Below, piece by piece: positions 43,293 to 52,924 of a stretch of DNA of 64,000 bases. This DNA is from Naegleria gruberi. Its lineage: Eukaryota. The notes beneath the pieces were generated by a model, which had not been told where the DNA came from, searched no databases, and was given only the letters and a program-made list of their open reading frames with translations. A program made the translations under genes and the position numbers. Position 1 is the first letter of the stretch; every line of letters starts with the position of its first letter. Location of the stretch: the NCBI GenBank assembly GCA_000004985.1, contig GG738892.1. One strand, 5' to 3'.

Positions 43293-46200
43293 ATTAATTC
43301 CTGTTTTATTTCCATTAACGATTGCAAATTGTTGAATGACTGCATTTTAGAGTAGAGAATAGGACATTCGAGAGATAGGCATTTTTGCTCCATGGAAAAG
43401 CTAGAGTTTGGCAGTAAACCATTTGTCATATCCAGACTATGATTACAATATCTACAGAGTTCTTTTAGCTCGTTTAAACGCTTCTCTGTTGCTCTCCTTC
43501 TTAATAATAAAATAAGAGGATAACTATTGCAATCAGAACATAATAAATCTACGGTAACATCCTTCTTTGAGCTGTCAATAATCTTTCCACAACTTGAGCA
43601 AGGCCTACTCAAAGGTTGGAAGTATTGTTCAATAAAGTTTTTAGACTTTCTAAATACTTGCTTTCTCCAATCAGCCAACAAGTAAATATCCTTCTTTGGT
43701 AAATTAGTGTACCAAATATTACAATTTACAAAACTAAGCGAAAATAATCTGTCTATTGAGGGAAGTAACTGTCTTGTAATATAATAATTGTAATGAATTC
43801 GGTATTTTTGTTTGTAATTTTGAACTTGATTCATTCTGTCCTCGATGAAATATTTGGGGTGAATGACCATGTCTGAGAGTTTGGCTTTAGCTGGATTCAG
43901 TGAACTAAAAACAACTACATAGGGAACTCTTTCATTAAATCTTGGCTCTGCTCTTGGATCACGTTGCATTTCTCTGACTGCAATTCTTGCAGATGGTGGA
44001 AGATGTCTCTCCGACTTGTAATAACCCAATTTGACCTTTTTCCAGAATATGAAATCTTGCAACGAGCACTTTTCTGAAATTATTCTATAGAATTGCCTTG
44101 ATAAATATGCTTTCACTCTGGAAAAGTCCAATGATTCGAATAATATTTCCAAACTCTTTTCCATTAAAGATCTTACCATTAAACAATTATCTCTTCTGAC
44201 AGCCTCTATGCCTTTACAAAAGAGTGTTCCTTTAGTTTGTGCTGGGCTCTCATATGCCATCCCTACATATCTCTTCTTACTCACCAAATATGACGGATGG
44301 AATACTCTTTCCATTTGTAAAGTAATTGGTCTTGGATTTGCATTGGTAACGTGCTTGACAATTTCCTTTCCAAGTTTGAATGCTTCCTCTCGAGTTGAAT
44401 TTATACATTCCACAAATAAAGAGTCAGTATCTCCGTAAGCAATTCTACACTTGCCTGGAAATTTTTCATTTACAATATCAATGGCATTCTCGAGAGTAGC
44501 TCTAGCCAGTTGCACAATAGCATCTGCAAGATCAGAGAGTGGCATTCTACCAGAAAAATTTGCACTGGTATAACCATAGGTAACGTTGGCAATCAGTTTC
44601 AAACCAAGCTGTCTTGCATTTAAAATTCTTTGAGTTTCTTTATCATCCTTGCTAGTTTCCTTCATAGCTTGTTTAACCATAATTCTAGTATTCAAAATTT
44701 CAGAGCACATTCTTGGTAGAACACCTTGTCTTACGTTTGGCTTGACAAATAGGCATTGATTAGGCGTTATGAAAATGTCCTCTTCTATTGAATCCGATCC
44801 TGTTCTATCCTGGAGTAACTTCCTCAACTCGTTATTAGGTTCATAGTTTTCCAGAGTTCCTAGCTTTGTTTTCTTCCTATCCACAAATGCCAACTTTCCA
44901 AGACATGTACTGTAGCACAAATTATAGGCAATTATAATGGATGGATAAAGTGATTGAAAGTCCAAGACAATCATTGGATTGGTGTAGAGTTTGCTTTGGG
45001 GCTCCATAACCAGTGGCAAGCATTCAATGGCTGCTTGTTCCATAACTTGTTTTCTTGTTGGGGAAAGAGCAACATAATTCCTCAATCTGGCCAATCTCAA
45101 CATCATGCTCTCCACTCTGTACTGACTTCCTCTACTTATAACAGAAAAGAACTCAATTCCATAAACCTTTCCCAACTCTCCCGTTCTATTCAAAATATCC
45201 AAATGGTTTAGTACCTCGAGGGTCACACTCGTTTTAATCAGATAATATTGAAGAATAACCCTGTACTCAAAACTATCTTTTTCGTGTGAGCATGAGTGTG
45301 AAAGATCGGTGAGAGTTTGATGTGAATAGAATGGAATTCTCCTTCCCAAAACATTAAAAACCACATTGTGAAGGGTATACATGTCCAGTTTAAGCTCTCC
45401 ATTCATAATTCTCCATACATTCATAACGACTCTTCCTTTAATCATCACTCCAGACTGTTTGTTTCTTGCGTATTCCTGTGCCTTCTTTAAGGCCTTTTCT
45501 CTTTGGAAGTTATTGGAGGTGTTGGTGGCCTTTTTCTTATCAACTTTTGGTTTATCACTTTGAAAATTGGCAACTCTAGAAATTTCAAAGCAAACATTTC
45601 TTCCCATCACGAGAAATCCTCTTTCTATGAGATAACCCAATCCTTCAGTTTGAATTTCATAACCCAATAAAATATCTGGGTCGACCTTACAAAGTACATC
45701 AATAAATCCTTCATACAGGTCTTTTTCATTTTTAAATTCTATAACTCTATCAAAATGTGTTGGGAAAGCAAGAGGTCTCTGAGCAGCATCATCTGCTTCC
45801 ATTTCTCTATTGACAAGTAGCCAATGCTCCAAACTCTCAGCAATATTCGCACAATTCTGGTAAGTGATTACTATTGTTTGAACTGAGTCATAGAGTGGAT
45901 TAGGTAGAAACGTTGCTCTCGTTAAAACGTGACATTCAATACACATGACTGATAGGTTTTGCTTGGACACCAAATCTTTCTTTTTCTTATTATCTCTAGG
46001 TATTGCTGCCTCGTCGAAAGCAATCTTTTTTCTCTCACTCATAACAGATAATTCTGACAAGAGGGATTGATATTCTGGAGCTCTATTCCTGAGAGTATTA
46101 GGTGTGTTATTCAGGGAGAGTAATTTCCTAGCTGTGAGTGAGGAAGCAACATCCAATATTGGTTCGTCATACTGTGGAGATAGTGGTCTGTGTATTTCTT

Positions 46201-49200
46201 CGATATCGGCTATTACTGGCTTTTTCTCTTGAGATAACTCTTCATAAACCATCGATAATGAAGGTGGTTTGGGAGCAAAATCTAGAATAAGCTTTCCAAA
46301 CTTTTTGTGAACAGGTCTTTCAATAGGATTTAGTTTTGATTTGAAATTTAGAAACGGTAATTCCTTATAATCTTTGCTCTTGGGCATTTCTTCGTTCAAT
46401 TTTTTCTTTCCAAATATCGAAGAAAATCTAATTAGACTACTTCTTTTGCTTTCCAAATAATCGTCATGTGAACTAAAAAATGGATAATTTTCCATTTGCC
46501 TTATCAATCCTTTATAAGCAATAGCTGACTCATGCAGTTCATTCTCCAATGCTTCAATAGAGGGTGGTTCCTTAAAGTCCAAAATTAGGTTTCCGCTTCT
46601 TACCACCGAAGAAGAATCTGTTTCATTTAAAGTTACAACAATTGGAGATGTTTCGTTGGAGATTGTTGTAATTGCTGATGGTTCGAACTTTTCCGAAGGT
46701 GGTGAAATGTCAATCATTGGAGGTGTTAGTTCCACATTGAAAACCTTTTCCAAGAACTCTTCTTCCTCTTGTTGTACTTCAGGTTGTTCCTCTTCTGCAA
46801 TGGTAGGTATGATAATTGGTGATTGGAAGGGAGAATTAACTTGTTTAGCAATATTAGATGCCAAAGGAGGGCTAGTCTCAGTAGGCTCCTCTTGTATTAT
46901 TGGAGGAGTAGGTTGAATCGATGAAGAGGAACTCGAGTTTGCTGCAAAATTAAACCTATCTGGATCAAAGCTTTCCAAAGCTTGTTCCATCATGAGTGTT
47001 GAGACTGTAATATCTTCAGAAGGTTTATCTTGGGGCAGATGCTTTGCTTGACTAAAGAAATTGTCAAAAAAGAAATTATCATTGGTAGATTGAGGTGTGA
47101 CTTCTGTTTCACTTGGCTGCTCTTCGTCTGCGAAGGATATTTTTCGTTTCTTTGCTGGCAGTAGAACTTTCCTTTCATAGTTTTGCAAAATTTGTTTTGA
47201 TTCTGATGACAGAGGTTTGTATTCATCTTTCCTTACTGAATATTCAAATCTGCAAAAGAAGGTATCCTCATTGTGGTCAGTGAACTCCTCGGGAAGACTT
47301 GTCTGGTCATACAGGGAGCTTGGCATTTGCACATTTGGTGGCATATTCCTAAAGTAATCGTCTACCACCAAAACTTTGCATTTCCCAACAACAGTTTCGA
47401 AGGGATTGGTATCAGATTGTGAAATTAGGAAAATTTCACTTACTCCTGTCCAATCTCGAGCTCCAGTTTTAGTTTCTTCTGGTCTGTAGAACCACCTGAC
47501 TTGTATTGTCTTTTTTTCGTTATTCTTATCAAGAATACATGCAATATAAGGTTTAGAGTTTTTAGGAGCTCTCATATAGACAAAATCTCCAATATTTACA
47601 GATTCAATGGTGATACGCTTGTTTTGCTTTCTTGATTTAGTTTCAGGATGCGTACCATCAAACTGAGGAATAAATTCAACAACATCCTCACCCTCACTAT
47701 CAGATGATACATTCCACTCTTCATCTGAAACTTGTTCTTCCTCTTCATCGACGTGGAATATTTGTTCGTTACCAGAGAAAACTTCCTTCATTGAGTTGAG
47801 CATTTCTTGCTCGTCTTGAATCAGGGAATCTTCACTCTCCTCCTCTTCATTATCTTCTTCATCCTCTTGGTAATCTCCCAAATTATTATATTCATCCTCC
47901 TTCAATTCAAAATCCTTGTCTCTCATCCAATTCAATACATTTTCCAACTCTAAATCTCCCTGTGTTAGTTGAATATTAAAAAGTGCATTACCTTGCCCAA
48001 AGTATGAGTTGTCTCGAGAGGCTAGATAAATTTCTTTAATTTCTTCATAGGTCTGAAAGGCTGTTGGAAATTTTGAAAGGAAATCATTCAGCTCTTGTTG
48101 TGATTTTTTGAGATTTGAGTCTTGTTGCTGTGGAGTTGCCGATTTTTGACTGAAAGCTTTTGGTAGTTGACTTGTCAGAATTAGAGATTCATTTTCTTGC
48201 TCAACCTGATGTTTTGCATCATAGTTATCATCTCTATTCATATTTTCAACTATTTTCATCAAATTGTCATACATGTATCCTTCCAATTCATTTTGTGGTC
48301 TTTTTTCTTGCCTCTCAAAGGGTGAACATGGAATGAATGGTTGAGAAGCCTTCTCCAAAGATCGCCTTCTTCTCCTTTCTTCTTCCCAAATAACATTAAG
48401 AGATCGAATCAATTTTCTTTCCTTTCCAAAAGACTCTTCCTTTTCATCCTCTAACGAAAGTTGCAAATCCACAATATCTTTTCTATTCATTACATCCCTC
48501 GAAAAGGCGTCCATTTCAATTTCACATTTAGACAATCGTTTGACATTATCTGGAAGAATGGTACCGTATTGAATGGCATTCTGACTTGAAATTTTGTCAG
48601 CAGCCATATCATCCCGAAACGAATTGAATGGTAAACGAAAGTACAACTTTTCCACACTCAAATCACCCATACCATACAAATTATAGTCCATCATAAATTG
48701 AAGAGGGAATGGGATATGTGCTTCGTAGACTGAAAAACGATGACCCATCACAGTTCCATTCCCAAACATGGCTGCCATCTTTCCAACATGACTCGGATTG
48801 TACACATAAACCTTTAGAAATAACTTGTGATTGAACCAATAACCATAAAATGGTTTTCCAGAAACTAGTACAATATCATGAACAAATTGTCTCGGGTGAA
48901 TGTGAAATGAAGGCTGTTGTTGTGGATTATTCTTCAATGTCCTTTCGTATTGATTGAGAGTGTGTCCAAAAAGAGATTGATGAAAGGTATCTTCAATACT
49001 TGCTCCCAAAACTGAAATGAATTGATTAACTTTTTTCATGTCCATATTTTGATAAATGCTTGTTAAATCATCACTATCATCATTATTACTACTATTAATA
49101 TTACTATTATTTTGATTAGAATTTGATGAAAATAATTCATGAGGAAACGACAACATAAAGTACGGATACAATTGATGAACATGAAGACAAGCCTTTTGTT

Positions 49201-49348
49201 TTGTTTCCTGCACTGTGCCATACACGTGCATAATTGGCACTAAATCTATTTGTCTATTTGCAAAAAACCAACACTTCCTATCATCAAATAACGCCTGTGG
49301 AGTACACATCGAATACTCGAGCGATAGAATTTGAATATTGACGACCAT
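43289..49348 (-). CDS. REV3: DNA polymerase zeta catalytic subunit (REV3), 2019 aa, with an embedded BAH-like domain
   Basis: Single ORF with an ATG start. B-family polymerase motifs (DxxSLYPSII, KxxxNSxYG, YGDTDSLFV) and the C-terminal CysA/CysB metal-binding modules (CSSCG...CSDCN; CRYCNHSL...CLSLECP). The N-terminal MVVNIQILSLEY...HVHQLYPYF matches the REV3/Pol-delta N-terminal domain. See findings for the BAH segment. Confidence 0.9.
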   Translation of the reverse strand: MVVNIQILSLEYSMCTPQALFDDRKCWFFANRQIDLVPIMHVYGTVQETKQKACLHVHQLYPYFMLSFPHELFSSNSNQNNSNINSSNNDDSDDLTSIYQNMDMKKVNQFISVLGASIEDTFHQSLFGHTLNQYERTLKNNPQQQPSFHIHPRQFVHDIVLVSGKPFYGYWFNHKLFLKVYVYNPSHVGKMAAMFGNGTVMGHRFSVYEAHIPFPLQFMMDYNLYGMGDLSVEKLYFRLPFNSFRDDMAADKISSQNAIQYGTILPDNVKRLSKCEIEMDAFSRDVMNRKDIVDLQLSLEDEKEESFGKERKLIRSLNVIWEEERRRRRSLEKASQPFIPCSPFERQEKRPQNELEGYMYDNLMKIVENMNRDDNYDAKHQVEQENESLILTSQLPKAFSQKSATPQQQDSNLKKSQQELNDFLSKFPTAFQTYEEIKEIYLASRDNSYFGQGNALFNIQLTQGDLELENVLNWMRDKDFELKEDEYNNLGDYQEDEEDNEEEESEDSLIQDEQEMLNSMKEVFSGNEQIFHVDEEEEQVSDEEWNVSSDSEGEDVVEFIPQFDGTHPETKSRKQNKRITIESVNIGDFVYMRAPKNSKPYIACILDKNNEKKTIQVRWFYRPEETKTGARDWTGVSEIFLISQSDTNPFETVVGKCKVLVVDDYFRNMPPNVQMPSSLYDQTSLPEEFTDHNEDTFFCRFEYSVRKDEYKPLSSESKQILQNYERKVLLPAKKRKISFADEEQPSETEVTPQSTNDNFFFDNFFSQAKHLPQDKPSEDITVSTLMMEQALESFDPDRFNFAANSSSSSSIQPTPPIIQEEPTETSPPLASNIAKQVNSPFQSPIIIPTIAEEEQPEVQQEEEEFLEKVFNVELTPPMIDISPPSEKFEPSAITTISNETSPIVVTLNETDSSSVVRSGNLILDFKEPPSIEALENELHESAIAYKGLIRQMENYPFFSSHDDYLESKRSSLIRFSSIFGKKKLNEEMPKSKDYKELPFLNFKSKLNPIERPVHKKFGKLILDFAPKPPSLSMVYEELSQEKKPVIADIEEIHRPLSPQYDEPILDVASSLTARKLLSLNNTPNTLRNRAPEYQSLLSELSVMSERKKIAFDEAAIPRDNKKKKDLVSKQNLSVMCIECHVLTRATFLPNPLYDSVQTIVITYQNCANIAESLEHWLLVNREMEADDAAQRPLAFPTHFDRVIEFKNEKDLYEGFIDVLCKVDPDILLGYEIQTEGLGYLIERGFLVMGRNVCFEISRVANFQSDKPKVDKKKATNTSNNFQREKALKKAQEYARNKQSGVMIKGRVVMNVWRIMNGELKLDMYTLHNVVFNVLGRRIPFYSHQTLTDLSHSCSHEKDSFEYRVILQYYLIKTSVTLEVLNHLDILNRTGELGKVYGIEFFSVISRGSQYRVESMMLRLARLRNYVALSPTRKQVMEQAAIECLPLVMEPQSKLYTNPMIVLDFQSLYPSIIIAYNLCYSTCLGKLAFVDRKKTKLGTLENYEPNNELRKLLQDRTGSDSIEEDIFITPNQCLFVKPNVRQGVLPRMCSEILNTRIMVKQAMKETSKDDKETQRILNARQLGLKLIANVTYGYTSANFSGRMPLSDLADAIVQLARATLENAIDIVNEKFPGKCRIAYGDTDSLFVECINSTREEAFKLGKEIVKHVTNANPRPITLQMERVFHPSYLVSKKRYVGMAYESPAQTKGTLFCKGIEAVRRDNCLMVRSLMEKSLEILFESLDFSRVKAYLSRQFYRIISEKCSLQDFIFWKKVKLGYYKSERHLPPSARIAVREMQRDPRAEPRFNERVPYVVVFSSLNPAKAKLSDMVIHPKYFIEDRMNQVQNYKQKYRIHYNYYITRQLLPSIDRLFSLSFVNCNIWYTNLPKKDIYLLADWRKQVFRKSKNFIEQYFQPLSRPCSSCGKIIDSSKKDVTVDLLCSDCNSYPLILLLRRRATEKRLNELKELCRYCNHSLDMTNGLLPNSSFSMEQKCLSLECPILYSKMQSFNNLQSLMEIKQELI

Positions 49349-49618
49349 GATGAGAACGTTGCGCGTTTACATGAGGTTTTACAACATTTTTTTTATTTTG
49401 GTGTTGAATGAAAATTCATCCAATACACCAATGTATGATTCGAGTAAGTTTATTATGATGATTGTTGAAGTATCATGTCTTGTTCATGAATTCGAAAATC
49501 TTGCTTCATGAAACTCTATCGGAATGAAAATTATTTATTTGATGAAAAAATATGATGGCTGGAAAAATAAAAGTATTTTTAGAACGTTAATGTTGTATTA
49601 TTTAAATTAATCAAAAAA

Positions 49619-50831
49619 ATGAGCCAACAACATATCGATCCACACGCTGCTAAACTTGCTGCACAACGTTCCAGTGTTGATTACACGGATTTCCCAGCCT
49701 TTCCAACAAAGCTTGTAGTTCACCCTCTTGTATTATTAAGTGTTGTAGATCATTATAATAGAGTTGCCAAAGATACATCAAATAGAGTTGCTGGTGTCTT
49801 GTTGGGAGAAATTACAAAGGACGGAGTAGTTGATGTTACAAACAGTTTTGCTATTCCATTTGAGGAAGATAGCAAGGACCCAACAATTTGGTTCTTTGAT
49901 CACAGTTTCCTTGAATCCATGTTGGCAATGTTCAGAAAAGTAACTGGTATGTTTTTTGGAATTAAGCCAATTTTTACCAAATCTATTTTCATCTTTCTGT
50001 TGTGATTTTATTGTTGGATTTTCAAAATTAATGACGTCGAATAATTTCAATTTATTACAACAACAATAACAATTTTAAAATATCAAATAATTCAAATCTT
50101 GATTAAAATTGGATTAAAATTTACTAGCTAAGGAAAAGGTTGTTGGTTGGTATAGTACTGGACCAAAGATTAGAAAATCCGATATTGAAATTCATCAAAT
50201 CATCAAGGAAAAATACCTTCCTCATCCAACCTATTGTATTATTGATGTAAATCCAGAACAAGAAAATGTAATACCTACTGACGCCTATGTTGCTGTTGAA
50301 GAAAGAGAAGATCAACAATCTCAACCAAAACTCACCTTTACTCACTTGTCATCAGAAATCGGAGCTTTGGAAGCTGAAGAAATTGGTGTTGAACACTTGC
50401 TTCGTGATGTTAAGGATACCACAATTTCTGACCTTGCCTCAGCTGTTTCGAACAGAATGACAAGTTTGAAGGCTCTCAGAGGAAGATTATCTGAAGTTAA
50501 TACCTATCTTTCTCAAGTCAGTACCGGTAAAATGCCAGTCAATCACAACATTTTATATTTATTGCAAGATGTTTTCAATTTACTCCCTGGTTTGCACACT
50601 ACTGACACCAAGCAATCCCTCGTCAAGAAGACTAACGATACATATTTGGCAATGTACTTGGGTTCTGTCATTCGTTGCATTGTTTCTCTCCATGATTTGA
50701 TCAATAACAAGATTGAAATGAGAGAAATTGAAGCTAAACAATCTAAAAAGGAAGCTGAAAAGAAGGAAGAAGCTGAAAAAACATCAACAGAAACTAAGGA
50801 AGTTCAAAAAACTTCTCAAGACAAGAAATAA
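49619..50831 (+). CDS. RPN8: 26S proteasome regulatory subunit Rpn8 (MPN domain), 2 exons: join(49619..49946,50128..50831)
   Basis: Exon 1 is [49 protein letters not shown]...FRKVT + g | GTATGT. A 181-nt intron ends with acceptor ttactag|CT, giving ...[44 protein letters not shown]... The Rpn8 family lacks a JAMM metal motif. Lys/Glu-rich C-terminal tail. Confidence 0.8.
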
Positions 50832-50951
50832 ATCAATGTAAATTATAAAACAAAAGTTAGTTCACTAAGAGATTTCAGACTGTTTGATCATTGAATGGCG
50901 GAATTTCTTATTGCTTTTAAATAAGAAAGGAAACTTTGATAAATAATACAT

Positions 50952-52519
50952 TTACTTATTTACTTTACATAATTCTTTCCATTCCTTATAATTGACCATG
51001 TAAGGTTTCAAAATCCTTTCAAATTCTTCAAATGGTACTAAACCTGATTTAGCATCTTGAATAATTGAATCCTTTGCATCAAAATGCATAATCTTATCAT
51101 TGAACACAATCTTTACAAAGTGTTGACCACGTTTCAACTTGTTAACATACAATTCAAAAACCAATGTTGAAGCAAAAGGAGGCCAAACACCATCGTACAA
51201 GTTCAAAGTAACCAACAATGGAATGAGAGTAGTGTCGTGTCCTAAATAAATTTCCAATCTCCTACGATCAAGATCCTTACTTGTATCAATTGACTTTTTC
51301 ATTGAATCAACAAGTTCCTTCACCAACATTCCATTATTCATTCTCAACAAATCCATTCCACCAAAAAGTACAAATCCACTTGCTCCAACTCTTTTGTTGA
51401 TGTAATCATAATCAGCTTCAGTAATTCCCTTTGGTAATGAATGGCCATGGAACAACATTCCAGCAAATGCATTATTCAAAGATTCCCTTGATAATTAAAA
51501 TTAAATATAAGATAACTCTAATAATGGAACTTACCACTGTGGAAAATCTCTGACTTGTCTAATTTGCTTCGATTCCAACAAGCCCTTTTCGTGTGGAGGT
51601 TGACTCTGTGGTTGCTCTTCAACAATATTCTTCTCATTAGCATAGAACAAGTCCAACAATCTTGCCTTGATATCTTGGAGACCTGCATCATGTTCTCCAT
51701 CTTCATTCAATTTCTTAATTCTTTGCGAAATTATTCCACCCAACTTGGCACAAACCTTAAAGTGTCCATACAATGTTTCTCTTGCTATTGTTTTCCATAA
51801 ATTAAATTATTCGAAACACAAAGAAACTCACCTTCTTCATACATGTGAATAGTTGGATAGTATGCTTGATTCGATCCTAAAAATCCTTGCAACAAGTACA
51901 TGAGTGAGAATTCAGTTCTTCTACTTCTAATATCACTCGATCTCACATACATACTATTAATAATATCCTTATAATCCATCACCTTGTCACCATCAATAGC
52001 AAATAACTTTTTAAAATACACCTCTCTCAAATGTTCTCCAACTTTAAACATTTGAATAGCTCCTGCCTCAGTCAATTGTCCCTTCATACAATTTCCAAGC
52101 AAATCCAATCCATCCTTTTCAAAAATTGTATTAAATTTACCATAATCCAATCCAGAAATCGACTCAAAAGGTAGACACTTCCAAGGAGTACTATCAATGT
52201 AATTCGGAAGAGAATTTATGGGTGTTCTTGCTCCGTGTCGATTAATAATTTGAACCTTGATCAATTCTAAATCTTCACTTTCCGATCGGAAGGGAAAATA
52301 ATGTTCTTGAACGTCTTCTGCCTGAATCATGAACGAATGATTTACATTCATCATATTCCTCATTGAATTATTCTCTTCATTGTTATTATCATGTTCGCTA
52401 TTTTTAGCAAAATATCCCAAACTTCCTGCCAATAGAGTGGTCGTCGTGCCCAAGATTGTTTTAAAGTAGTGTCGATGCATTTTTTTTATAAGCTTAAAGT
52501 TTTCAGTGCGAAAAATCAT
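50952..52519 (-). CDS. histidine acid phosphatase (branch 2), 3 exons: join(50952..51486,51535..51784,51832..52519)
   Basis: RHGARTP catalytic motif in exon 1 and the HDTT proton-donor motif (YLGHDTTLIPLL) in exon 3. Donors gaag|GTGAGT and tg|GTAAGT, acceptors caatag| and tatcaag|, introns 47 and 48 nt. Phases are consistent (1, 2). Confidence 0.7.
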
Positions 52520-52924
52520 CTCGGGAAAATATAACTTATTGTAATGAAAGAAGAACTTTGAAGGTTTGATTCGTTGGAGGACATTAAATTATTCCTCACT
52601 CCCGAGGATGTACATCGTGTACAGCTTAGCTAATTTTTGTAAAGTGTGAAAAATGTGTGAAAATTATTTATTGTAAATGTTTGGTACTGCCATTATCACT
52701 GCTTCGATGTGAAAGAGAACCTGATGATTTGGGAGTTGGACCTTCAACAAGTGGAACGATTCGATTCTTCTTTGTATTGCCTGCTGTATTTGAAAAGGTG
52801 TGAATTTCCATTTCTTGAACTTCTTCATCCTTTAATTCCTTCTTGTGAGTTGATTGATGTCCAGTTGGAGTTGGTAAAGATTGAGCTGAATCTTGTTTTT
52901 CAATTTCATCAAAATCTACATTTC

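Noticed and set aside
43289-49348. Short plus-strand ORFs inside REV3 (for example 44208..44438, 44954..45211, 46656..46916) and similar antisense or alternative-frame ORFs inside the kinase (1080..1277, 4015..4305, 5710..5892), cyclase (53545..53748, 54508..54753) and IQGAP-like (60601..60813, 61119..61589, 61920..62432, 63071..63406 and others) genes
   Set aside because: They lie within or antisense to long, well-supported coding frames, have no domain content and are typical by-products of AT-rich coding sequence.
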